In this document: positions 1-11,867 of the stretch, in pieces
How positions within the stretch are numbered: position 1 is the stretch's first letter
Layout: each line of letters starts with the position of its first letter
Sequence record: PV754031.1
Reading direction: 5' to 3' (one strand)
DNA length: 64,000 nt
Notes under the pieces: model-generated
The model's database searches: none
What the model saw: the letters and a program-made list of their open reading frames with translations, nothing else
What the model was told of the DNA's origin: nothing
Position numbers and translations under genes: made by a program

Positions 1-2
1 TC

Positions 3-1214
<1,212 letters not shown>

Positions 1215-1250
1215 TTATAACTCTCTGCAAACCCATATAGGAAGAGAAAA

Positions 1251-2414
1251 ATGCCATTACCTGTAATCGCCGGAGCAGTAAGTTCTGCTCTGATGACTGT
1301 TGCTGCTGATCAAGGTGTACGTGGTCTAATGCAGACTGTCCTACAAGCCACTAAAAATGGTGTAGAGATTTCTTCTCTAACCGATCTAGCACGTCCAACT
1401 CGTGTTGAACCATTGGTCATCGTAGACCAAACCTTAGTTGATCAACCTTACATGAAAGACGTTATGAAATTTGTTTCATCGTCTTTTACTGGTTATTATC
1501 TACAAGCTGTTAATATGCTTCTAGGTGTGGATAAGATTGATACTTTAAAAGTATTCGATACTATTAATCCTAACCGTACAGGTGTAACTCGCACTAGTGT
1601 ATTCTCTGCCGAAGAGTATTCTGATGGTCTTCCTTCATTAGAGTCTTTTGAGAAGCCTGTGCATTTACCAAATATCGTCGCTGAACACTCACATGAGCGT
1701 TGGGTAGCTTCAATGGAAGCGAATGACGAAAGTACAAGTGCACAAAGTATTTCTAGTGGTGATACACAAAAGATTTATGAAGTTGAAAACCTTGCCGTTG
1801 GTAAGCTGGTTAACGTTGATGTTAAATCAGGAAAGCAGAAAGCTAAAATTCCTGTTATGATCCGTTTAATTCCAGCCGCTGTTAGTCCTCAGATTATTGC
1901 GCACATCTTTAGTGCTGGTGGACGAGATACTTGGCTACATCGCCTATTTCTAGTAAAAACTGGTCAAATTAAATTCTGGCGTGACTTCGTTCTAGGTCAA
2001 GATATGATCGATGAACATTATCGCATTCTAATGAATGATAAATCAGGTGTTTATAAACAAATCACCGATCGCCGCCGTAACAACTGGAAACAATCAGTTC
2101 GCAGTGGTACGGTTTCATTAGCAGATGCATCAAATATCGCGATTGTATCAACTTCAACTCTTAAAGCTGCTTCTAATTCTCTTTATGGTCGTATTGATGA
2201 TTTCGCCACTCGGCAAAAGATCTTTGACAATAGCTATCTAATGATGCTTGTTGTTATTGATGACCGTTATGAGCGAGTAACTATTTATCATCGTGGGGTT
2301 GATCTATCTACATCTCACCGACTTGATGAAATTAAAATGGCTGAAAAGAATAAAGGTCCGGATATCACTGAGATCTTTAAAATGATGAATAAAACCATGT
2401 CTACCAATATTTAA
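1251..2414 (+). CDS. Internal head (inner body) protein, phiKZ gp89-like
   Basis: 387 aa; SD-like AGGAAG upstream; internal prohead-protease-type sites (PSLESF, ASMEAN); first gene of head cluster; number by synteny. Confidence 0.7.
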   Translation: MPLPVIAGAVSSALMTVAADQGVRGLMQTVLQATKNGVEISSLTDLARPTRVEPLVIVDQTLVDQPYMKDVMKFVSSSFTGYYLQAVNMLLGVDKIDTLKVFDTINPNRTGVTRTSVFSAEEYSDGLPSLESFEKPVHLPNIVAEHSHERWVASMEANDESTSAQSISSGDTQKIYEVENLAVGKLVNVDVKSGKQKAKIPVMIRLIPAAVSPQIIAHIFSAGGRDTWLHRLFLVKTGQIKFWRDFVLGQDMIDEHYRILMNDKSGVYKQITDRRRNNWKQSVRSGTVSLADASNIAIVSTSTLKAASNSLYGRIDDFATRQKIFDNSYLMMLVVIDDRYERVTIYHRGVDLSTSHRLDEIKMAEKNKGPDITEIFKMMNKTMSTNI

Positions 2415-2421
2415 GGACTGA

Positions 2422-3354
2422 GTGATGAGAATTATTGATTATGTACGTGAACTCGCACCAGTTACTGAACGTCGTGAACTATTAAATCAAATCCGTTCAT
2501 TACGTGAAGAATATGATGCAACTCTCGCACCAATTATTGACGATGTAGGTGAAGTATTTGGTAATATGCAACTTAAATCAGATTTAGGTATGCGGTTATC
2601 TACTGAACTACGGCGAGCGATTAGTTTTAATACTGAACCGATTAAACTAGTACTGGATACTCTTTCAAATATTCGTGGTAGCTTTGATATGATCGAAAGC
2701 GAAATCCGGCGTTTATTTGCTATTCAGTTTACTAACTCTAATCTAACCTTTGACCGTGCAAACATGTTACGTTTTGTTGATGGTCTTAGTTTCTATATTC
2801 GTTATGGCCGTAAACTACTACTAAATCTAATTGCACAAGAAGCAATGAAATTAGGTAAGGCTACAGAATTAAAATCATCTCGTGCTGAGAAAGAATGGCT
2901 ATACACTAATATGGCGCAATTCATTACTCTGTATCCAGCAATGAGTCTTAAGACTAATGAACTGAAACAACGCTTAAGTCGTGCATCTAGTGCTGAAGTC
3001 AATGAAGGTACTTATGATGTAGCTGTGAGTGCTCTCTCTATAGCTCAACGTGATCCACTTAACATGGATGGCTTCTCACCTCGTCAGAACCCGTTCGTGC
3101 TATTTGGCAAGTTCTTAGCTGAGTATCAGGTTGAACGTTTTAAAGAAGCTGAGCAAGAATTCCTTGCACTTCAGCTACGTTTACAAGAAATGCGGGAAAT
3201 GCAAAGTAATGGTAAAGTGGATGCACGCCTACAGAAGCTTATTAAAGAGTATGAAATTCGTATCTCTGATTATAACTATCGCCTAGGTATGATCCAAGAT
3301 CGCGCATCTGAGTTCTTTGCTAACCATCGTGATCTACTATCTCTTGGTCACTAA
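2422..3354 (+). CDS. Internal head protein, phiKZ gp90-like (alpha-helical)
   Basis: 310 aa from GTG (ATG at 2425 equally plausible); AAGGA SD; coiled-coil C-terminus; synteny. Confidence 0.65.
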   Translation: MMRIIDYVRELAPVTERRELLNQIRSLREEYDATLAPIIDDVGEVFGNMQLKSDLGMRLSTELRRAISFNTEPIKLVLDTLSNIRGSFDMIESEIRRLFAIQFTNSNLTFDRANMLRFVDGLSFYIRYGRKLLLNLIAQEAMKLGKATELKSSRAEKEWLYTNMAQFITLYPAMSLKTNELKQRLSRASSAEVNEGTYDVAVSALSIAQRDPLNMDGFSPRQNPFVLFGKFLAEYQVERFKEAEQEFLALQLRLQEMREMQSNGKVDARLQKLIKEYEIRISDYNYRLGMIQDRASEFFANHRDLLSLGH

Positions 3355-3899
3355 TGGAGGGCATTGATATGCCAGCAACTAATGCTGTACGCCCATTTGG
3401 TCGTAATTACTCAGGTGGTCAACAACAGGCCATTTCACGGTTCACTGCTCGTCCCGGTGATCCTCAAGTTGAAGAACTATATCTTATCTTTACCAACTTT
3501 CCTGCACAAACGGCATATTGGGAATTCCATAAGAAAGTCCTAGCTTGTGCTATCCGTCTTTTTAGCGGAAACTATAATTGGTTTATTCTACAGGACAATA
3601 ATAGTAATATCGATAGTTATAATTATCAATTCCTATTAGATACTGTTCGATACATTGCTACGGGTCATCGACGTATTTCAATTACCCAATGGCCAATGTT
3701 ACTAGCTACTGAACCAGATGCTGGTGCACAACTCATTGAACCGCGCGCTGAAATTGCTACTCTCTTTAATGAGTTAAAATTAGATCTAGATACTGTTTCA
3801 ATGATCCAGAATTGGGTTAAACACAAAAACGGTATGAATGATCTAATGTATACCCTACATCTACTATTTGGATCTGTAGAAGTAATAGATAAGGACTGA
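3354..3899 (+). CDS. Minor head protein, phiKZ gp91-like
   Basis: 181 aa; TAATG stop/start overlap with previous gene; ends in TGA; synteny. Confidence 0.6.
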   Translation: MEGIDMPATNAVRPFGRNYSGGQQQAISRFTARPGDPQVEELYLIFTNFPAQTAYWEFHKKVLACAIRLFSGNYNWFILQDNNSNIDSYNYQFLLDTVRYIATGHRRISITQWPMLLATEPDAGAQLIEPRAEIATLFNELKLDLDTVSMIQNWVKHKNGMNDLMYTLHLLFGSVEVIDKD

Positions 3900-3908
3900 G
3901 GACTATCT

Positions 3909-5231
3909 ATGACTAATAATTCACTTAGTCATTCGGTCTTACTTGAATCAATCGACGGGGACAGCCCCGTCGATATGATCGCTACATGCGATGGATATCT
4001 AAAAGAATTATTGCCATCAATTGAAGATATTCAAAGTAGATTAGAATGCACTGAAAAAGACATTTTAGTTAAAACCTATACCGATGGCTTATTTCAAAAA
4101 TATGCAGATAACCAAGATGTTGTTAGTGAACACATTCTAAAAACTGAGAATGTATCATTAGAAGATCTATCTAAGACAGCACGAAATACCTGGGATGAAA
4201 TGAAAAAATCCCAAGCAAAGCATCGAGATGAGTTAAAAGAGTATGCACGTGTTATTACACAAGGTAATCAACGTACTCTTGAACGAATAAACATGCTTTT
4301 AGAAAGAGCTGAAAATATTAAGCATGAGCCATTTAAGCAAGAATTAAAATTTAAAAATACTAAACGATTTAGTATTGATGGTAAATTCGAACCGACTACA
4401 GTTGATCCGATACTCATGCAAGTTAACAACTTGATAGCTTTCTATGATAAATCCCTACTCTTGTATATCCAATCTGTAGCTGATATCCTTAGGAAATTAT
4501 CATTTGATGAAAAATGGACTGATAGAGCTGCACAAGACTTTAGTAAGTTTAATGTTAAGAACTGGATGAAGGGTGCAGTACCTATTAAGAAAGATGATAG
4601 ATTTAGAGTAAGTTCTACAGTTTATCGTAGTATGCCAGTTCAAGGTAATAAAACTTTATTTGGCGCAGGGCCAACTGAAACACAGACTGAAGAGATCAGG
4701 GATTGGGATTTTTTAGTAAACACTGTCCGTGATTTTGCCTTTAAGTTTTATACTATTCCTACTATGAAGGATGCACCTGAAGGTAACAATACCTTTAAGG
4801 TTAATGATACGAGTTCAATTGGAAGACGGTTAGTATTATTAAGCGAAATGGCTAAACGTATAGATGCTAGAAAAGATTATGCAACTAAACTAGATTTTGA
4901 ATTTGGTAGGTTAATGCAGTTAGCCGAGACTAATCGTCAACAAGCTGGTAGGATTCGGGCACAACAATCTAATATGCGAAATCGTCAAGCAAAAGTTCAA
5001 GATCCGGATGCACCTGATGGCATCCCTGCTATCTCAAATATCATTAATTCAATTACATTAATGATCAATAATGTAAGTCGCGTTGTAACAGATTTTAGTA
5101 ATGCTCTTGCTGGTTTAGTCAGAGTAATGGGTCGACTAGTATTCGTGACCGAGTTAGAATTAAAAGCTTACCAGCGTCCAATTCAAAGACCTACGCAAGA
5201 ACAAGTAAATAATCCCTCCCAGGTAAGGTAA
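3909..5231 (+). CDS. Head protein, phiKZ gp92-like
   Basis: 440 aa; GAGGA SD; N-terminal LLESID and VSLEDL processing-type motifs. Confidence 0.65.
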   Translation: MTNNSLSHSVLLESIDGDSPVDMIATCDGYLKELLPSIEDIQSRLECTEKDILVKTYTDGLFQKYADNQDVVSEHILKTENVSLEDLSKTARNTWDEMKKSQAKHRDELKEYARVITQGNQRTLERINMLLERAENIKHEPFKQELKFKNTKRFSIDGKFEPTTVDPILMQVNNLIAFYDKSLLLYIQSVADILRKLSFDEKWTDRAAQDFSKFNVKNWMKGAVPIKKDDRFRVSSTVYRSMPVQGNKTLFGAGPTETQTEEIRDWDFLVNTVRDFAFKFYTIPTMKDAPEGNNTFKVNDTSSIGRRLVLLSEMAKRIDARKDYATKLDFEFGRLMQLAETNRQQAGRIRAQQSNMRNRQAKVQDPDAPDGIPAISNIINSITLMINNVSRVVTDFSNALAGLVRVMGRLVFVTELELKAYQRPIQRPTQEQVNNPSQVR

Positions 5232-5236
5232 TTAAC

Positions 5237-6544
5237 ATGTCTCTACTTAAAATGCTAGACAAACTATCACTTGAATCAATTGAAGATCAAGGCACTACGA
5301 TTCATGGTGATGTTGAATTAGTCGTTGAAAATGAAACTTCTGCTGATGTATCATCCGTTTTAGCAGAAGTAGATCAGATTGAGAATAATCCCGTAGAAGA
5401 AGTTCTTGATGCAGATGATGCTGTTCAACCCACTGCATTAGATACTGAAGTGACTATTGTTCAAGCTGAAGATGAATTAGGCCTAATTGAAGATGCTAAA
5501 GAAGCACTTGAAAAGTTCCAAGGTCTTTTACTTCAAGCTGGTGAAGATGGTATCTCTCGTCAAGCAGCTGCCTTCATGCATGTTGGTATGGAATCAATCG
5601 ATCGTATCCTAGGTATTGAAAAATCTGGACTCACTGCTGCGCTTGAGAATTACGATGCTTCCCCACGTAGCGCTATTCAGAAAGCAGCAGTTATCTCTCT
5701 TGAAGACCTCAAAGAGAAACTAAAGGAAGCAGGCAAGAAAGCTTTAGAAATTATCAAGAAGATTGTTGCAATGATAAAGCAGAAGATTAAAGATTTTAAT
5801 CCTAAGCTGATTGCACTTGATATGCGTATTACTAAAACTATTGATGCTATTAAATCACTCAAAGCCAGTGATCTAAAGGAAGAAGAAATTAAGTTCACTC
5901 CTTCTGAGTATATGGTATCTAGTGGTGGCTTTATTGCAAATAATCCGAAGACTATTGCAGACTTCATGACTGTATTCTCAACCCAGTATGTATCTGCTCT
6001 TAGGAAATATGGTGAACTTGGGGTACGTTATCTCAAAGGTGACGAGTCTATTGATATCAACCAGATCACCAGTGATTTACAAACTAAGATGGCTGAAGAT
6101 ATTAATAAAGCTGTTGAGAAAGCTCCTGGTAATGTGAAGTTAGAAGTTACTTCTTCTAAGTCAGGTGTGAATAAGTGGGAAGTTGTTAAGGGTAATGGGG
6201 ACACCGATCTACATGAAGTTGAAGTTGATGTCCGTGCTCCGAGTAAGATCTTAGCACATCTTAATATTCTTAAAGGTCTTATTATTAAACTACAAGACTT
6301 TAATAAGATCGATTACAAGATTGCTGAGAATCTTGAAAAGGCCCTAGCTGATTGGAATCCTGATGAAACAGGTATGTCAAAAGAAACAGCGCGTGATGCA
6401 CTGAATATTGGTAGCATTGATAATAGTGAACTAGTTAACTATATTGCTAAATGCATCTCTGCGCAATATACATTCATTGTTAAACATGAACTAGCTGCAT
6501 ACGGAAAAGAAACTTCTAAAGCATCTGAGAATGATGAGAAGTAA
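5237..6544 (+). CDS. Internal head protein, phiKZ gp93-like (phiKZ internal-protein family)
   Basis: 435 aa; acidic propeptide with SLE/ALE sites and conserved GISRQAAAFM...YDASPRS...SLEDL block shared with neighbours. Confidence 0.8.
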   Translation: MSLLKMLDKLSLESIEDQGTTIHGDVELVVENETSADVSSVLAEVDQIENNPVEEVLDADDAVQPTALDTEVTIVQAEDELGLIEDAKEALEKFQGLLLQAGEDGISRQAAAFMHVGMESIDRILGIEKSGLTAALENYDASPRSAIQKAAVISLEDLKEKLKEAGKKALEIIKKIVAMIKQKIKDFNPKLIALDMRITKTIDAIKSLKASDLKEEEIKFTPSEYMVSSGGFIANNPKTIADFMTVFSTQYVSALRKYGELGVRYLKGDESIDINQITSDLQTKMAEDINKAVEKAPGNVKLEVTSSKSGVNKWEVVKGNGDTDLHEVEVDVRAPSKILAHLNILKGLIIKLQDFNKIDYKIAENLEKALADWNPDETGMSKETARDALNIGSIDNSELVNYIAKCISAQYTFIVKHELAAYGKETSKASENDEK

Positions 6545-6554
6545 CAAACATAAT

Positions 6555-6576
6555 GAGGAACCCTTAGGGGTTCCTC
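6555..6576 (+). terminator. Intrinsic terminator-like hairpin GAGGAACCC-TTAG-GGGTTCCTC
   Basis: 9-bp perfect stem 10 nt after stop, followed by TTATG. Confidence 0.8.
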
Positions 6577-6613
6577 TTATGCTATGTAATTAAGTATTCT
6601 TGAGGAATTGTAA

Positions 6614-8959
6614 ATGAACTTAAATAAGTTACTTGATAGTTTAGAAGGTTATGGTGTTGTCGAAGTAAAAGAAAAAGTTGCGAAAGCCAAACTAAAGCAC
6701 GCTGCTATAGATGACAAACAAATATCTAAAGAACCAGAAGAAGCTGCCAAGTTAATTGATGAATTACCAAATGATGTAAAAGCAACTAATAATGGGTTAG
6801 ATGTTAAAGAAGCACATAAACCTAACATCCATTGGAAATCAGATCGTGGTTTAGTTACTGAAGTTGATTCATTTGGTAAAACATACATCGTATCAAATGA
6901 AGGCTTCTCTGATTCAATTAAGAAGTTCTTCGGCGTAGCTAATCGGGGTAAGCAAAAGAAATTATTTAACAGTTACACATCTGTATCCCACCTCGCTAGG
7001 GATATCATTGATCATTTTACTTTGGATTGGTTGAAGAAGCAGACCTTTGTTAAGGGTGATATTTCTGGTAAAGGTATTTCTGACCGACTAATCATTAATG
7101 GTAAGGTTGACATCCTAGATGCTATTCAAGCCAACGCTAAATTCGTTGAACAGGATGCAAAGATGAAGGAAACTTTGAATCAGTGGTTTGGTATGACTAG
7201 ACCGATTCTTGATTACCTGAATAAGAACGCGTCCAACCTAAGTGATGAAGTTTATGCTGAAGCCAATGCCATGCTGGCTAAGCTCAAAAAACCAGCTTTC
7301 CCCAAATTACCATGGCCAGCTGAAGGGTATTCCGGTAAAGCTATATTCCGTAATGATAATGTTGTCATCCCAAGTTATAATGGTGAAGGACCGGACAAGC
7401 TTCCAGCATTGGATGAGGTAACAGCTACTAAAGCACTGGACCAAATTCTTAAACTGCTGGATGGACTTACCAAGGTAAGACTGGACCTCGATGAGGTAAA
7501 AGAACAAGTAAGTCGTTATATGTGGTCTGATGACCTTACCAATCCGAAAGGTAAGGTATCTTACGACAAATGGAATACACTTGTTTTATCTGTGGTAAGT
7601 TATCCAGTTGGATCTAGTCCAGATGAGCGCATGAAATGGTGGCGAGCAGAAGGATGCTTCTCTCAAGCTATCTACGCATGTGCCAAGTGGATTGATAATT
7701 CGATTAAAGGTAAGATTTCCGTTGAATCGGCTGAAGTAATCGATAGCAGTAATCTAGATACCCGCCAGAACCCAAGTAATCTTCCAGATCTGCCTGAAGA
7801 TGTACCTTCCATTAATCATGAGCAAAATTTTGTTAGTGATTCTGATCCAGCTACTAATATTGGTGGTGAGTATGATCAAGTAGTATCGATGCGCACTACT
7901 CTTGAAGAATTCATTGGTCTCATTAAAGAGGCGGGTGATAAAGGTATTACTCGCCAGTCAGCTGCATTCATGGATGTCGCTCTGGAAAGCATTGATCGTT
8001 ATCTTGGTCGTAAAGACATCTCTAATGAGAAATACGACGCTTCCCCTAGAAGTGCTATGACATTTATCCAACCTTCTCTGGAAGACCTTGGTGAGCGTCT
8101 GGAGGCCCTTGGAAAAAAGCTATTAGCGCTGATCATTAAGTTCATTGATGAGGCTAAGGCATTTGGTCAGCGCATGCTCTCTGGTATCAATTCTACTCTC
8201 ACTGAGACTGATGAATTGATTGATAAGGCGAAGAAACTAGCAAATGGCATTAGAGTATCTAACGAACGGGCTGCTCCAGACTTTAATATGACATTGCAGA
8301 TAAATAGTCCTAAGCTATTATATCTTTGCGGAGAATTCATTCTCGATGACATGTCTTGTGAAAGGAAAGTCAGTACGTTTCTAGCTAGGGATTGGCCGAC
8401 CACTGCTCTCAGTAATATTGATCGAGCTGTTAAGATGTTGAAGAACTATGATCTTGAAACTGACAACTTAGATAAGTTTGATGAGTCTTTCAATGCCATC
8501 GGCAATGGCCATATGTTTGACAAAGTTAATGGTACTGAACTACCAGGTAATGTTAAGTTGACATTTGTCAAAGACAAGTTCGGACCACGTCTGGTAGAGT
8601 CTGATCAAGAAGCTGCTCCTGAAAGTATTTCTATTGAAATACGTGATCCAGCTATCGTTAGGAAAACACTTGACGAAAACAAAGTACAGATTCGTGACTT
8701 AGGAGAGTTGTTTAAAGCTGAAGCGCGCGTTCTAGAAAGACTTAGGCTTGTAGCATCTGAGATAGAAGGATTGGATGGACGACGCTCTAAGACAGTATGG
8801 AAAGGTGCTCGGGAAGATGCAGATGCTATTCTAAGGATAGCTGCTGAATTTGCTCGGGATATAAAACCCGAGTACTCAACCCACATTTCCCATCTACTCA
8901 GAATTGCAAAGCAACGAAATGCTGTTTGTAATATGGAATTAGAAAGATATGGCCAATAA
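6614..8959 (+). CDS. Internal head protein, phiKZ gp94-like, with two propeptide-like modules
   Basis: 781 aa; LDSLEG, VSNEG, ISVES, VALES, PSLED sites; internal block homologous to the gp93-like propeptide/core junction. Confidence 0.75.
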   Translation: MNLNKLLDSLEGYGVVEVKEKVAKAKLKHAAIDDKQISKEPEEAAKLIDELPNDVKATNNGLDVKEAHKPNIHWKSDRGLVTEVDSFGKTYIVSNEGFSDSIKKFFGVANRGKQKKLFNSYTSVSHLARDIIDHFTLDWLKKQTFVKGDISGKGISDRLIINGKVDILDAIQANAKFVEQDAKMKETLNQWFGMTRPILDYLNKNASNLSDEVYAEANAMLAKLKKPAFPKLPWPAEGYSGKAIFRNDNVVIPSYNGEGPDKLPALDEVTATKALDQILKLLDGLTKVRLDLDEVKEQVSRYMWSDDLTNPKGKVSYDKWNTLVLSVVSYPVGSSPDERMKWWRAEGCFSQAIYACAKWIDNSIKGKISVESAEVIDSSNLDTRQNPSNLPDLPEDVPSINHEQNFVSDSDPATNIGGEYDQVVSMRTTLEEFIGLIKEAGDKGITRQSAAFMDVALESIDRYLGRKDISNEKYDASPRSAMTFIQPSLEDLGERLEALGKKLLALIIKFIDEAKAFGQRMLSGINSTLTETDELIDKAKKLANGIRVSNERAAPDFNMTLQINSPKLLYLCGEFILDDMSCERKVSTFLARDWPTTALSNIDRAVKMLKNYDLETDNLDKFDESFNAIGNGHMFDKVNGTELPGNVKLTFVKDKFGPRLVESDQEAAPESISIEIRDPAIVRKTLDENKVQIRDLGELFKAEARVLERLRLVASEIEGLDGRRSKTVWKGAREDADAILRIAAEFARDIKPEYSTHISHLLRIAKQRNAVCNMELERYGQ

Positions 8960-9046
8960 ATATATCTAAGTGTTCATTTTTATCTAAGTACCTAATTCTA
9001 TGGTTTATTGTTAAACGCGCGCAAAGAAATTCCTTGAGGAAATAAC

Positions 9047-10690
9047 ATGACATTTAAACTCAATGAGTATCTAGATAGTCTAGAAGACTATACTGAGGTA
9101 CCTATTCCTGAAACAGCAGTTGATAAAGTAGCAGCCATGACTAGTGGTGATTGCACTTCTGAAGACGCTGTACCTGAAAATACTATTCAAGATGTAGCTG
9201 ACAATAATGTTGGTGTTACACCAACTGCACCAGTAGAAGCAGATACCACTATTGTTAATACTCCTAATAATGGTGTTATTGTTGAGACTCCAGCTGCTAC
9301 TCTAGTCGAACAACCTGCTGTGCCAGTTGCTGTAGTTGAAACAGATGTAGTAACAGAAGTACCCCCTATTCCTGAACAACCTAATGTTGCTGTTGAAACA
9401 GTTATTCCAGCAGGTGCTGAAGGAGAGGATCCACAAGGTGGTGAGACAGTAACTCAGCAAATTGCTGACCAGGCTGCTAAAGATAGTTCTATTCCACTAG
9501 CACATAATGGCGTGGTGCCACAGATCGCTGTTGCAGTGGATATGGATAAACCTACTGATTTCATGGACATTGGTAATGCACAAGTAGTTACTACAGCAGT
9601 GCAAGATATCAATCAAGGTCTAAATACCGCATATGCCCTAGAGTCAATTAAAGCTCTTGTTCGACAAGCTGGTATGAATGGTATCAGTCAGAGTACAGCT
9701 GCATTTATTCATTCTGCACTCTTACCGCATCGTCATGTACTTGGTGATAATACTTTAACTAGCTCATTAGAAAACTATACGACTGGTGGTAAAAGTCATT
9801 TATACCCAGTTAAGATTTCAACTGAGGACATTAAAGAGTTAAGTCGTAAGGCACTTGCTTATATCAAGAAAGCTATTGCTAAACTACGTGAAATCATTAG
9901 CCACGTATGGAATAGTCTTAAGAATAGTGTACCGCGTGTGAGCATAAAAGTTGATGAACTCATTTTAGCTATCCAAAATGCTAAGTTTGAAAATATGCCC
10001 AGTGAATTAACGGTCCCTGTTAAAAATGGTGGACCCGTATTTGCTAATGGTAAATTCATTCAGCCTTCAGCGAATGTTGGATATGGCCCGATCATTAAAT
10101 GGATGGCATCTGTTTATGCAAAAGACTATGCTACCTACCTAACGAATATTGGCACTGTGCTTAAAGCTTGGGATCCAGAGCGTAATGATGCTAGTGAATT
10201 AGTTGAGAAGATGGACAAACTTCAAGATGGACCTCTCAAACACTACGCTAGTACATCTAACACTTTACCAGGTAATAAGCTTGTAACTACGACTGCTACT
10301 CAAGTATATCTAACGGATGATGAGACAGCCGCAGAACCTGGCACTGAAGTGACTTTAAAGAACTTTGATAAGAGTCAAGCTAAGAAAGAAGCAGTAGCTT
10401 TACGTAATCTGGTTGATGATGCAGCTAATGTTATCACTGGCGGTCGGAATATTGTTAAAGCCATTAAGCAACTTGAAGATGATGTTGATCTACTTTCACG
10501 GAAACTAGAGAGTGATAAAATCGACGATGTTTCTAAAGAACAAATCGAAGAAGTATCACGTAAGGTAGCATCTATTATTACAGATAGTGCACCTAAACAT
10601 GACTCCATTATTCGTGAAGCAATGCGTTACGCAAATACTGCAACTGGACTTTATAATAGTGTAATTAACACTAAATTCCAAGCAGAATAA
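9047..10690 (+). CDS. Internal head (inner body) protein, phiKZ gp95-like
   Basis: 547 aa; GAGGA SD; P/V/T/E-rich propeptide; YALES, SSLEN, ISTED sites; paralogous to gp93-like. Confidence 0.8.
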   Translation: MTFKLNEYLDSLEDYTEVPIPETAVDKVAAMTSGDCTSEDAVPENTIQDVADNNVGVTPTAPVEADTTIVNTPNNGVIVETPAATLVEQPAVPVAVVETDVVTEVPPIPEQPNVAVETVIPAGAEGEDPQGGETVTQQIADQAAKDSSIPLAHNGVVPQIAVAVDMDKPTDFMDIGNAQVVTTAVQDINQGLNTAYALESIKALVRQAGMNGISQSTAAFIHSALLPHRHVLGDNTLTSSLENYTTGGKSHLYPVKISTEDIKELSRKALAYIKKAIAKLREIISHVWNSLKNSVPRVSIKVDELILAIQNAKFENMPSELTVPVKNGGPVFANGKFIQPSANVGYGPIIKWMASVYAKDYATYLTNIGTVLKAWDPERNDASELVEKMDKLQDGPLKHYASTSNTLPGNKLVTTTATQVYLTDDETAAEPGTEVTLKNFDKSQAKKEAVALRNLVDDAANVITGGRNIVKAIKQLEDDVDLLSRKLESDKIDDVSKEQIEEVSRKVASIITDSAPKHDSIIREAMRYANTATGLYNSVINTKFQAE

Positions 10691-10709
10691 TGATAAGTGA
10701 CGACATATC

Positions 10710-10733
10710 GACGGGGCTCGGAAGAGTCCCGTC
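10710..10733 (+). terminator. Hairpin GACGGGGCTC-GGAA-GAGTCCCGTC
   Basis: 10-bp stem with one G-U pair valid on + strand, followed by TTATGTT. Confidence 0.75.
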
Positions 10734-10751
10734 TTATGTTAGGAGTTAGCA

Positions 10752-11867
10752 ATGGAATTAATTGATATTTATAAAGATACTCCAGATGAAATGATTATTG
10801 ATCTTGATGAACCTAAAAGACTTGCAGATTTATTATCAGGCGATGAAGCGTTAGCTAGGCGAGTGATGGATCTATTAGGCGGTATGGAAGATTATAATCA
10901 GATCCAAGGGGTTATCAAAGAATTAGAGGATGTTGTATCTACTGAAGATATTAGTGATACTATTAAACATGTTATTGATCGAGTTATAAAACTATTTGTT
11001 ACCACTATTGAGAAACTGATGGATAGTGGAGTAGTGCTAGCAGCTACTGCTGAATATGTTGCAATTCGAGCAGAAAACTTACGAGTTAACAGTCGTGCTA
11101 GAACTCGTAAAAATAAGAATCCTACATTTCTAATTACAACTCGTATTCAGAACTTAAGTGTTAGATATAAACCTATTACCAATAGTGCTAATTTGTTATC
11201 TCACTTACGCGTATTGGAGACAGTAGTTGATGGGTATATCAATGGATTAGACAATGTGATTCTAAGGCCAGCTAATATCATACCTTCGTATATGAATCCA
11301 AATGCTAGTCCAGATGCTTTAGCAGAACTACTATTAAATAGTGCCCCAACTAAAATAACCACACCATCTGTTTATCGCGATCAAGGTAATCGATTTGTAT
11401 CATTGCATTTGCTAGGTAATCATCAAATTGTAATTAACTATAATCCCGATAAGAATGCAAGTGCTTATGATCAGTGTAGGGATATTTCTTCACGGTTAGT
11501 TCCATCTGAAGAAACCCCTAGACCACTACCAGTCGAAATAGAATTTGAACATTTCAACCATCAAGTTACTGAAAGTATTATTGATCGAGTTGTTAAGGTA
11601 GTTGATAAGATCAATCGTGCAAATGCTGCATCAATGCGTACTCGTCGAAATGAACGGTTAAGGACTCTTAAAGGTGCATTAATCAGGTTTAGAGATGAAC
11701 TAACACGTGCTCGTAATGAAGGGCGACCTGATAGAGAAATACAAGAACTTGTTTCATTGGTAGAAACATATGTTGATTGGTTGGCTATTCCTTATCACGA
11801 CCTATTTAAATTAACATGTCGTAATTTGACTGCCATACTCAATGTATGCGATGAAAATCTAAAGTAA
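10752..11867 (+). CDS. Head protein, phiKZ gp96-like
   Basis: 371 aa; AGGAG SD; GGMED and VSTED processing-type sites. Confidence 0.65.
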   Translation: MELIDIYKDTPDEMIIDLDEPKRLADLLSGDEALARRVMDLLGGMEDYNQIQGVIKELEDVVSTEDISDTIKHVIDRVIKLFVTTIEKLMDSGVVLAATAEYVAIRAENLRVNSRARTRKNKNPTFLITTRIQNLSVRYKPITNSANLLSHLRVLETVVDGYINGLDNVILRPANIIPSYMNPNASPDALAELLLNSAPTKITTPSVYRDQGNRFVSLHLLGNHQIVINYNPDKNASAYDQCRDISSRLVPSEETPRPLPVEIEFEHFNHQVTESIIDRVVKVVDKINRANAASMRTRRNERLRTLKGALIRFRDELTRARNEGRPDREIQELVSLVETYVDWLAIPYHDLFKLTCRNLTAILNVCDENLK

